Below are positions 37,919 to 46,000 of a DNA stretch of 64,000 nucleotides, piece by piece; the first letter of the stretch is position 1, and every line of letters starts with the position of its first letter. The stretch spans positions 14,935 to 78,934 of the forward strand of contig JBOGET010000043.1 in assembly GCA_050741975.1 (NCBI GenBank), written 5' to 3'. The position numbers were made by a program, and so were the translations under genes. The notes beneath the pieces were generated by a model that was given only the letters and a program-made list of their open reading frames with translations, was not told the DNA's origin and ran no database searches. Source of the DNA: Acidimicrobiia bacterium (GTDB lineage: Bacteria; Actinomycetota; Acidimicrobiia; Spongiisociales; ZC4RG35).

Positions 37919-37942
37919 GCGGCAACCCGAAGGTTGCCGCTT
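37919..37942 (+). terminator. Intrinsic-terminator-like hairpin after kup and the small ORF
   Basis: gcggcaacc-cgaa-ggttgccgc (9-bp stem, tetraloop) followed by tt. Confidence 0.6.
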
Positions 37943-38092
37943 GGAGGGGTTCCCACATTGCCCTGTGAAGCCGGGGAAGCTTCTAGAGGGGGGACTCAGT
38001 TAGGGCACGAGGGACCTCGGGTCCAATTCTGTACCTCCCGAGCCCCCTTGGTCGGGCAGACTTGGACTCAATTCCAACTATACGCAGTCGCG

Positions 38093-38674
38093 CTAGCCCG
38101 TGCCCGGTCTCGACTCGAAGTCCTGATGGGCCCTGCTGGCGGTGGGCCCGGTCTGACCCTGGTATTTCGAGCCGAGCTCAGGCGAGCCATAAGGCAGGTC
38201 GGCCTCGGTGGTCATCTGATAGAAGCTGATCTGGCCGATCTTCATCCCCGGGTAGATGGCGATGGGAAGGGTTGCGACGTTGGAGAGCTCGAGGGTGATG
38301 TGGCCCTCGAAGCCGGGGTCGATGAAGCCGGCCGTCGAATGGATGAGGAGACCGAGCCGGCCCAGGGAGGACTTGCCCTCGAGCCGGGCGACGACATCGG
38401 TGCCCAACTTGACGCGCTCCAACGTCGAGCCGAGCACGAACTCCCCGGGATGGAGCATGAACGGCTCCTCCGGTCCAACCTCGACCAGTTGGGTCAGGTC
38501 GGACTGCGGGTCACGGGGGTCGATCTGGCTGTAGCGGTGGTTGACGAAGACCCGGAAGCTGTCGCCGACCCTGAGGTCGACCGACGAGGGCTGGACGAAA
38601 GAGGGCTCGAAGGGGTCGATCTGGATCAGACCCGAGTCGACGGCCTCCCGTATGGAACGGTCGGAGAAGATCAA
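38093..38674 (-). CDS. dcd: dCTP deaminase
   Basis: DLR.G...., GKSS.GRLGL..H.TAG.IDPGF.G..TLE motifs. Confidence 0.93.
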   Translation of the reverse strand: MIFSDRSIREAVDSGLIQIDPFEPSFVQPSSVDLRVGDSFRVFVNHRYSQIDPRDPQSDLTQLVEVGPEEPFMLHPGEFVLGSTLERVKLGTDVVARLEGKSSLGRLGLLIHSTAGFIDPGFEGHITLELSNVATLPIAIYPGMKIGQISFYQMTTEADLPYGSPELGSKYQGQTGPTASRAHQDFESRPGTG

Positions 38675-38728
38675 GAAGGCTCCTGGGGTGTTGCCGGCAA
38701 TGGTAGGGCTCGGGACCGCAAGGACCGG

Positions 38729-39191
38729 TCAGTCGCAGACCGGGACGTCCCCCACCGACACGTTCGGGATCGGGGCCGATCCGTCCGGACTGGCCTGGGT
38801 GTAGACCGCCAGTGGATGAGGTGACGGAAACGAGATGCCGTCGATCTCGAGTGTTTCGTTGGTGTAGGCGCCGTCCGGGTACTGATCGGCCGCTTCGCCA
38901 TAGGTGATACCGAAACACGATGCCACGGGCAACTCGATGACCTCCGGCGAGGTTTCGACGCCGGCCCCGGGCTCGATCCGATAGCCGTATCCGAGGAGCA
39001 GCTGGCTCGACCTCCTCCAGATAGACGGCGAGTGGCCCCCAAGATGACATATCCATGGGTGAGGACTCCAAAACAGTCATTGGGCCCCCATCCGTGTCTC
39101 GATCGGCTGGTCCGTGGGCGTGGTCGAGGGTCTCGATGATGGTGTCGACCGGTCCCTGGCCCACGGCCACCCCGGCCAGGGTCACCGCCAT
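38729..39191 (-). pseudogene. Hypothetical gene with an apparent frameshift near 38995-39012
   Basis: The G/C-third-position coding signal runs in one frame from ATG 39191 (MAVTLAGVAVGQGPVDTIIETL...LAVYLEEVE). It then switches to the frame ending at 38729 (...QLLLGYGYRIEPGAGVETSPEVIELPVASCFGITYGEAADQYPDG...VCD). Neither frame alone gives a full ORF. Confidence 0.4.
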
Positions 39192-39249
39192 CGGGTCGAT
39201 CAGGTTGACCTCGCCAGGAGTGGTGGTGGTCGCGATGGTCTGTGAGAAA

Positions 39250-39782
39250 CTACTTCGGGGAGACGTGAGTTCCGTTTCCCCCTGTGATCTCGACGGGCAC
39301 CACCCGGGTGCCGGCCATCAGGTCGTGGATACCGGGTCGTCGGACCAGGATGGGGACGACGATCACGGCGACGAGGACGAGGGACGCCACCTCGAACCAG
39401 ATCGCCGCCGGGTCCACGGTCGAGGCCACCAGCCGTGGCGTCCCCATGTGGCCCAGTTGCCAGGGCATGACCTCGATCAGGTTTCTCACCACCACCGCTG
39501 CACCCGTGGGCGGGCCACCCTCCCGGCCCACCACCGCGATCCCCGCCGTTCGCTTCCCCCAGGTGGCATGGGGGGTCTTCCACTCGGTCAGGGTCAGATA
39601 GAGCAAATAGGGGAGGACCGTGAGGATGTTGATCGCGAGGTCGGCCATGTTCTGGTCGGCCCAGATCGAGGAGAGATCGATCCAGCCCAGGATCTGGGGG
39701 AGACCGCCAGCAGGAACACCACCATCAGCCAGGCGAGGATGAGCAGGTAGTCCCACCACCAGGAGACGAGACGACGTGTGAT
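39250..39782 (-). pseudogene. RDD family membrane protein, frameshifted in a C5 run (plus-strand G run 39696-39700), with no canonical start
   Basis: The N-terminal RDD motif (TRRLVSWWWDYLLILAWLMVVFLLAV) is in the frame of ORF 39594..39842. The C-terminal part (QILGWIDL...TPHATWGKRTAGIAVVGREGG...) is in ORF 39250..39759. One extra C would join them. The only upstream in-frame ATG lies inside the tRNA gene. Confidence 0.6.
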
Positions 39783-39856
39783 TGGAGCGGGTGAAGGGAA
39801 TCGAACCCTCGCTCCGAGCTTGGGAAGCTCGTGTTCTACCATTGAACTACACCCGC
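39783..39856 (-). tRNA. tRNA-Gly (anticodon CCC), CCA encoded
   Basis: Minus-strand sequence GCGGGTGTAGTTCAATGGTAGAACACGAGCTTCCCAAGCTCGGAGCGAGGGTTCGATTCCCTTCACCCGCTCCA folds as a cloverleaf. It has a 7-bp acceptor stem, 4-bp D stem, 5-bp anticodon stem with loop TTCCCAA, and a TTCGATT T-loop. Confidence 0.93.
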
Positions 39857-39922
39857 AAGTGTTGCGTTTCCGCTGGTCAGAAGCCTAAAGGTCGTCTCAG
39901 GTCTTCGCAAGAAGTGCCAGAA

Positions 39923-40072
39923 ATTCCTGGCACATTCCTGGCATTCCTGGCAGATCTATGGCATTCTGACCAGTAGGGCCTTCGGGCAGTTGATCAGGAG
40001 GCCCGTACAAGCGAAAGCCGGCGGACTCGACGACCTCAGGGACTGCCAGGAATCCGGTGTGAATTCCTGGCA
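39923..40072. promoter_or_regulatory. Arm-type repeat cluster (ATTCCTGGCA) between the tRNA and int
   Basis: Direct copies at 39923-39932, 39934-39943, 39943-39952 and 40063-40072, plus an inverted copy tgccaggaat at 40044-40053. Confidence 0.6.
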
Positions 40073-40113
40073 CGCAGTCCCGTCGGCGGGCGCCTCGGAG
40101 ACCGGGACGACCA

Positions 40114-41292
40114 ATGGCGAGAACTGCAGACCCAACGAAATCGGTGTACCAGGCTGGACCAGTTCGAGTTGTCAACGCGAAGCCGAGAGGTTACCGGGTC
40201 ATCTGGACTGAAGGAAAGCGGCAGCGAGAGCGCCGGGCCACCACCATCGATCAGGCAGCCGAGATAGCTCGCGAGGAGGCCTCTCGCATCTGGACTAGAG
40301 GTGAGGAGCCCGCCGACGCCCGCAGTCCATTCGCTGCCTTGTTGTCCGTGGCGACCGACCCTCAGTACCGGACTTGGACCGCAGAGTGGGCCAACCGCGT
40401 CGAGACGATCGCCCGGATCCACATAGTGCCCAGCCTCGGACAGTTGCCGGCAGGTCAGCTCACGAGGCAACACGTCTCGGCTCTCCTCGCGGAGATGGCG
40501 AAGGCCGGATACTCCTTCCACTTCCTCAGCCATACGCGGAAGGTGATCAAGCTGGCGGTCGACGAAGGCATCCAGCGGGGGGTGTGGGACGGGTCGCGGC
40601 ATCCCCTCGTTGGAGTCACCGTGCCCCGACCAAACTCGAAAGTCGAGGACGGTCGACCTGATCTGACGATGGTTCCAACCGAGTCCCAAGCGTCCGAGGT
40701 GATCGTTCGTCTCGCCACCGACCGTCCGGTCTACGGGGTCATGGCCGCAACCGCCGCATTCAGCGGAGTCAGGTTCGGAGAGTTATTGGCGCTCACGGTC
40801 GAGTCGGTCGATCTTGATCGCCGGCGGCTGCTCGTAGCTCACAACTGTGTGGAATCCGATTCGGGCCGCTTCTCCTTCCGAGCGCCGGCGAAACGCAACG
40901 CCCGCTCTCGCGAGGTCGTGATCGAACCCGAGCTGGCGGACGTACTCACGATCTGGCTAAGCGAGCTGCCTCCCAATCCCCCCACCGGCGCGCACATCGA
41001 CGGCAGACAGCCCGGGCGGCTCCTTTTCACGACTGACAACGGGAATCCCTTCCGCCGGTCCGCTCACAGCAAGGTCTTCCGCCGTCATACCAACAAGATC
41101 AGTGGCTGGCCTCGAGACGCCACGTGGCACTACCTGCGCCACTACGCAGCCACGAGGTGGATCAGGTTGGGAGTCGAAGTGCCAACGGTCTCAGTGATGC
41201 TCGGTCATAGTCAGGTCTCCACCACATACGACTGGTACGTCAACGTCGACGAGGATGCCCTCGACCGGGCCGCCTTAGTCCTGTCCCGCTAA
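40114..41292 (+). CDS. int: Tyrosine-type site-specific integrase
   Basis: C-terminal catalytic signature (..R..E......, WHYLRHYAAT = HxxR, LGHSQVSTTYDWYV = H...Y). Adjacent to the tRNA and the direct repeat. Confidence 0.9.
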   Translation: MARTADPTKSVYQAGPVRVVNAKPRGYRVIWTEGKRQRERRATTIDQAAEIAREEASRIWTRGEEPADARSPFAALLSVATDPQYRTWTAEWANRVETIARIHIVPSLGQLPAGQLTRQHVSALLAEMAKAGYSFHFLSHTRKVIKLAVDEGIQRGVWDGSRHPLVGVTVPRPNSKVEDGRPDLTMVPTESQASEVIVRLATDRPVYGVMAATAAFSGVRFGELLALTVESVDLDRRRLLVAHNCVESDSGRFSFRAPAKRNARSREVVIEPELADVLTIWLSELPPNPPTGAHIDGRQPGRLLFTTDNGNPFRRSAHSKVFRRHTNKISGWPRDATWHYLRHYAATRWIRLGVEVPTVSVMLGHSQVSTTYDWYVNVDEDALDRAALVLSR

Positions 41293-41356
41293 ACCGGCCA
41301 GGCGAATCCCGGCGATGTGTAATGCCATTTCCTTGTCGATGGTCGACGCCGGGCCG

Positions 41357-41734
41357 TCACCCCCGGGCGATCTCGGACAACCGGCGGACTGTTGGCCCTC
41401 GTTTGACCCCACCGCGGAGAAGAGCGGGGCGAACCTGAAGTGGTTGTCGTTGCCTCAGGCTGAGCCACTCGCGGATCTCATCCGAGCGCCACCTCGGGAG
41501 GCGCTCGGTGACGTACAGAGGTGCTGGGAAGCTGGGATCGGACGAACGCAAACGGTAGAAGGTCGCTCGGCTGATGACCAAGAGATCGCACACATCGGCC
41601 GTCGAGAGGAGCTGAGCGTCGAATCGACTCGGTCGGGAGGTCTCCACGGTCACCCTGTTCCTGCTGGCTTGGCTGAGATTGTCGGAAGTAGCCCTTTCCA
41701 GGGAGTGTCGGAAACCCTCTCGAGAGACTTGCAT
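41357..41734 (-). CDS. xis: Excisionase/AlpA-like helix-turn-helix DNA-binding protein
   Basis: HTH_17-like segment LLSTADVCDLLVISRATFYRLRSSDPSFPAPLYVTERLPRWRSDEIREWL. Start at ATG 41734; a later start is possible. Confidence 0.65.
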   Translation of the reverse strand: MQVSREGFRHSLERATSDNLSQASRNRVTVETSRPSRFDAQLLSTADVCDLLVISRATFYRLRSSDPSFPAPLYVTERLPRWRSDEIREWLSLRQRQPLQVRPALLRGGVKRGPTVRRLSEIARG

Positions 41735-42112
41735 GTCAGCGCGAGAGCAACGTGCCGCCAAGTCCACTGTGGCCCTGGCAGGTGAACGGCAGTCAGCTGC
41801 CCCGCGTCGGAAAAAGGCCCCTGGAAAGGGTTTTCGAAAGGGTTGCCGCAAGTTTGTGGAAAGGCCTGCGGCGCAGAGTGGTCGCTGCGCGACGGGGGTC
41901 TCGAAGGCTCAAGCCCTGGCCTCGTACACAAAGAGAAGCCTCAGTCCAGAGAACCGAAGCCACGGACCACGGAGCCAAGCAATTCCAAGGCCAGAGAACC
42001 CGAGGCAGAAACCAGCAAGACGAATGACCACGACCGAAGCCCAGCAAACCAAGTCTGACAGACGATTGCACACCTGCGGTCGACAGGGTTGTCGAAGGGT
42101 TGGGGACAGGCG

Positions 42113-44788
42113 GTGACGGTTCGGGTGAACTCGTTGAAGGGGGTTGAGGCTGGCCGGTATTACACCGAGCGTCTCCCCTCGTACTACCTCGACGGTGCCG
42201 AGCCGCCGGGCCGTTGGTGGGGCCAGGCGGCGGGTCGTCTCGGCCTTGAAGGTGTGGTCGACGAGGATGCGTTCCTGGCCGTGATGGCGGGCAGGGATCC
42301 GGCGACTGGTGAGGATCTTGGTCGCCGATATGGTGAGGGGTCGGTCAAGGGTTATGACGCCACTTTTTCGGCTCCCAAATCGGTCTCCGTGCTGTTCGCC
42401 TTTGGTGACGACCGGGTGCGGGAGCAGGTGAGCGTCGCCCATGACCGGGCTGTGGCGGGAGTGTTGGGCTGGATCGAAGATCACGCCCACACCCGTCTGC
42501 GCCAACACGGCCACATCATGCACGTCGACGCCGGAGGGCTGGTGGTGGGGGTGTTCCGCCAGCACACCTCTCGTCGGCTTGACCCTCAGCTTCATACTCA
42601 TGCGGTGATCGCAAACCGGGTCCCCGCACCGGACGGCCGGTGGCTGGCGTTGGACGCCCGCGGCATCATGGCCGACCAACGCAGCGTCTCCTCTGTCTAC
42701 CACGCCGGTCTCCGCGCCGAGCTGACGGGTCGTCTCGGTGTGGAATGGGAAACGCCGGAACATGGGATCGCCGAGATCGCCGACATCCCAAAGACAGTGT
42801 TGGGAGAGTTCTCCCAACGGACCAGGGACATCGACCGACGTCTCGAGGAGAAATCGGAACGGTTCCGCCAGGGCTTGGGAAGGGAGCCGACGGTGCGGGA
42901 GAGGTGGCGCCTTGAGCGGGAGGCAGTCCTGGACAGCCGACCTGCAAAACGCCACGGCGTCAGCCTCCACCAACTGCGCGAGGAGTGGCGTGTCCGACTC
43001 CTGGATCTGGGCTATGAGCCGCAGCGACTGGTTGAAGAGGTGGTCGACCGGGTTCGACGCTTCGACGGGATCGACCAGCAAGTGACGACGGCGTTGGGCG
43101 ATACAGCTCTGCGTGCCCTGGGTGACGGACAGTCGGCTTGGCGGCACGCTGAACTGGTACGAGAGTTGGCAACTGCAATCCCCACCACCACCGCTGTCGG
43201 TGCCGTCGAGCTGACCGAGATCCTCGACAGTCTCGCCGACAACATCAGCGAAGGCCGATGCGTGGACATCTCCCGACCTGTCCCGCCAGCTGTGGCGTTG
43301 CGGCGGGATGGCCGGCCGATCACCGAAGCCGCGGTGGACCGGACGCTCACCACCCGCACCATTCTGGATGAGGAGGAGGAGCTGGTGGCCCGGGCTCAAC
43401 GCCGTATAGAACGCGACGCAGGAAGGATGAGACCACGGGTTATTCGTTTCACCCGGGACCTGACGCGAGGTCAGGAAGAGGCGGTGACTGCCGTCGCGGG
43501 TGATGGCGGGTTGGCACTGATCGTCGGTCCCGCGGGTGCTGGGAAGACCACCATGCTCGCCAAGGCAAAGCTGAACCTCGCCATCCAGGGCCGTCAGGCG
43601 TTTGGGGTAGCTCCGACTGCAGCCGCGGCCGAGGTCCTGGCCACCGAGACACGCATGCGGGCTGACACCTTGGACAAGCTGCTCACCGAACACTCCCATC
43701 CGACACGGCCACCCGATCCCGCGTTCGATTTGGCTGCGGGGACCACGCTGATCGTCGACGAGGCCGGAAACGTCTCCACTCCCAAACTCGCTGCACTGTT
43801 TCGGCTTGCCGACCACAAAGACTGGCGGCTCGTCCTCGTCGGTGATCCCCGTCAGTTCACCGCCGTGGGCAGGGGAGGCATGTTCGCCCATCTGATCGAC
43901 ATTCTCGAAGCAGTCGAACTGGACCAGGTCCACCGCTTCCACCACACCTGGGAACGCCAGGCCAGTCTCCGACTTCGCAGCGGAGATTCCAGTGTGCTCA
44001 CCGAATACCACAAGCGGGGACGGCTCCATGGCGGCAACCTCGACCAGTTGGAGACAGCCATCATCGTCGCATGGAAGGAAGCACGCAGTCGCGGGGAGAC
44101 GGTGGCGTTGATGGCAAACAACACCGACATGGTTGCTCGCCTCAACCAACTCGCCCAGGAAACCCGGGTCAAGGCAAAGGAACTCGACCCTGCCGGACCA
44201 CGGCTCCGGGTCGGTGAGACCATGATGCTGGTGGGTGACGAGGTGGTCACCCGACGCAACGACCGGACTCTCCGCACCGACCAAGATTTGATGGTCAAGA
44301 ACCGGGATCGCTGGACCATCACTGGCATCCACCGAGACGGCGGCATCACGGTCACGGGACGGACCGGCACCATCAACCTGCCCGCCGAGTACGTGACCGA
44401 ACACCTCGAACTCGGATATGCCCAGACCAGCCACGCCACCCAAGGCCGCACCGTCGACGTAGCCCTACTCCTCGTCGACAGTCCCACCGACAACCGAGGC
44501 GTCTACACCCCAATGACCCGAGGACGAGAAGCCAACCACGCCTACGTCGTCACCGAAGACCACCAGACTGCTCTCGACGAGCTCACCCGGGCCATGAATA
44601 GAGAATGGATCGACCAGCCCGCCATCGCCCGCAGACTCCAACTCGACTCCAACCGTTCGAGACACGTCACCCCCGATGTCCCGGGTGATGGAGAAGAGGT
44701 CGACGAGCCGGTCCGGCACGTCCGCCAATTGATCGAGGAACGCCGGGCACGAATCCGAGAGAAAGAGCGCACCCTGGGCCGCACCTAA
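42113..44788 (+). CDS. traA: MobF/TrwC-type relaxase fused to a RecD-like helicase (TraA-like)
   Basis: N-terminal Tyr pairs (GRYYTE..PSYYLDG..PGRWWG), 3-His motif HTSRRLDPQLHTHAVIAN, Walker A GPAGAGKTT, Walker B LIVDEAG, C-terminal YAQTSHATQG. Start at GTG 42113 or TTG 42089. Confidence 0.9.
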   Translation: MTVRVNSLKGVEAGRYYTERLPSYYLDGAEPPGRWWGQAAGRLGLEGVVDEDAFLAVMAGRDPATGEDLGRRYGEGSVKGYDATFSAPKSVSVLFAFGDDRVREQVSVAHDRAVAGVLGWIEDHAHTRLRQHGHIMHVDAGGLVVGVFRQHTSRRLDPQLHTHAVIANRVPAPDGRWLALDARGIMADQRSVSSVYHAGLRAELTGRLGVEWETPEHGIAEIADIPKTVLGEFSQRTRDIDRRLEEKSERFRQGLGREPTVRERWRLEREAVLDSRPAKRHGVSLHQLREEWRVRLLDLGYEPQRLVEEVVDRVRRFDGIDQQVTTALGDTALRALGDGQSAWRHAELVRELATAIPTTTAVGAVELTEILDSLADNISEGRCVDISRPVPPAVALRRDGRPITEAAVDRTLTTRTILDEEEELVARAQRRIERDAGRMRPRVIRFTRDLTRGQEEAVTAVAGDGGLALIVGPAGAGKTTMLAKAKLNLAIQGRQAFGVAPTAAAAEVLATETRMRADTLDKLLTEHSHPTRPPDPAFDLAAGTTLIVDEAGNVSTPKLAALFRLADHKDWRLVLVGDPRQFTAVGRGGMFAHLIDILEAVELDQVHRFHHTWERQASLRLRSGDSSVLTEYHKRGRLHGGNLDQLETAIIVAWKEARSRGETVALMANNTDMVARLNQLAQETRVKAKELDPAGPRLRVGETMMLVGDEVVTRRNDRTLRTDQDLMVKNRDRWTITGIHRDGGITVTGRTGTINLPAEYVTEHLELGYAQTSHATQGRTVDVALLLVDSPTDNRGVYTPMTRGREANHAYVVTEDHQTALDELTRAMNREWIDQPAIARRLQLDSNRSRHVTPDVPGDGEEVDEPVRHVRQLIEERRARIREKERTLGRT

Positions 44789-44815
44789 TAAGCAACCGTG
44801 GATCGGTGATGCAGG

Positions 44816-45031
44816 ATGTACAGCCTGGCCGTTCGTCTCGACCACGCCCTTCGCGCCAGTCGCTTCGTTGGCTGGTACCTGGAGGGCCAAATCGACCATG
44901 GCTACGCGCTCACCGGCCACAGGGCGCAAGGGATCATTATCGACCGCATCTTTCGCCATGGTCGGAAACCGGGCCGCACACGAGCGGCATACGTCGTGAT
45001 GAGCGTCGGTCGCGACGCAAATACCCCCTAG
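44816..45031 (+). pseudogene. Remnant of a second relaxase/helicase C-terminus
   Basis: The 71-aa ORF contains HGYALTGHRAQGIIIDRIF...RAAYVVMSVGRDAN. This parallels LGYAQTSHATQGRTVDVALL...GVYTPMTRGREAN at the end of the intact relaxase just upstream. Confidence 0.5.
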
Positions 45032-45353
45032 CTGGGGTGCCGGGACGCCGAGGAGGCCTGCCACAGGAGTCCCACCAACGAACCCTTGATCTCGTAAGCC
45101 CATCCTGGGGAGAACTGAGTCGCGGGATGGTCGCCCATATCTCGGCGGTCGCCATGGGTCCTGGGATGGATGTGGGCAGGTAGCCGAGCGTCTGTTGCCT
45201 CGGCGCGGCAGTGTCCAACAGCGTCGCTCACGCCCGGGAATCCTTGGCGACTGAATCATGGATTGGCGGGGCCCGAGATACGACCTGTGGAGGGATGCGT
45301 GTCCCGTGGCCCCGCCCTTACTTCTTCGCCGATCGGTTGTGCCGAGTTCCGGG

Positions 45354-45380
45354 GGAACCCAATGGGGGACTTCGGCGAAT
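45354..45380 (+). promoter_or_regulatory. ECF-type promoter candidate (GGAAC-N17-CGAAT) 5 nt upstream of GTG 45386
   Basis: ggaac at 45354-45358, a 17-nt spacer, then cgaat at 45376-45380. A similar GAAC-N16-CGAT lies upstream of the sigma gene at 56294. Confidence 0.3.
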
Positions 45381-45385
45381 GATCT

Positions 45386-45958
45386 GTGAGTCGACTTGTG
45401 GAGGTGCTCGTGTTCCGAACTCGGTTTCCTGCTGTGCTGGCCGTCTTCTCGATTGTCTTGCTGGCCGCAATCCCGGCGTTGGCTAATGCGCCGGAGAGTG
45501 TTGAACTGCATTGTCTCGTCGTAGTGCAGGGTCAGATGGCGTCCGGTGAGCTGATCGTCTCCAGGCCAGAGTGCTATGTATCGTTCGAAGAGGCGATGTC
45601 GGTGGCCTCGGGAGGGTTGGTCAGTGCCGAGCAGGCGCCGTCGGGTGAGGAGCTGTTCTCGGACCCGGAGGCGGGGAATCTCCTTGTCTCCTTCACCCTG
45701 GGCACGCATTTCGACGGGTCGAATGGCAGTGGCAGTTCGATCTCGGTGGTGGGAAGCTCATGCACCGGGGGATACTGGAATACAGGCGCCTCGTGGGCGA
45801 ACCGGATCTCTTCTTCGTGGAATGGCTGCCATCGGCTACGTCACCATGACGGACCGAACAAGACCGGCACCTCTGCGGACACGGTGGGCTCTGGCACCCA
45901 CAACTTGCCTTCGTTTATGAACAACAAGACCGAGTCGGTCTCGTATTGGAGCAGTTGA
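45386..45958 (+). CDS. Secreted protein with a beta/gamma-crystallin or inhibitor-I36-like C-terminal half
   Basis: Signal peptide FPAVLAVFSIVLLAAIPALANA. Paired motifs WANRISSSWNGC and MNNKTESVSYW resemble the N-D-x-(I/A)-S-S repeats of that fold. Four Cys in the mature part. Confidence 0.55.
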   Translation: MSRLVEVLVFRTRFPAVLAVFSIVLLAAIPALANAPESVELHCLVVVQGQMASGELIVSRPECYVSFEEAMSVASGGLVSAEQAPSGEELFSDPEAGNLLVSFTLGTHFDGSNGSGSSISVVGSSCTGGYWNTGASWANRISSSWNGCHRLRHHDGPNKTGTSADTVGSGTHNLPSFMNNKTESVSYWSS

Positions 45959-46000
45959 GGCTGATCCCTGTACTCGGAGCAGACCTGGCATTGTGTTGCC

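Noticed and set aside
41315-41785. 156-aa plus-strand ORF between int and the relaxase
   Set aside because: It is antisense to the Xis-like HTH gene, which has a recognisable DNA-binding motif, and it has no motif of its own.
41909-44443. 844-aa ORF on the minus strand opposite the relaxase gene
   Set aside because: It is antisense to a CDS with clear relaxase/helicase motifs. Its composition is Gly/Arg/Pro/Val-rich with no motif, which is a typical high-GC shadow ORF.
44465-45709. 414-aa minus-strand ORF across the relaxase end, the scar region and the secreted-protein gene
   Set aside because: It shows no motif and overlaps better-supported plus-strand features. It crosses a region with no consistent codon bias.
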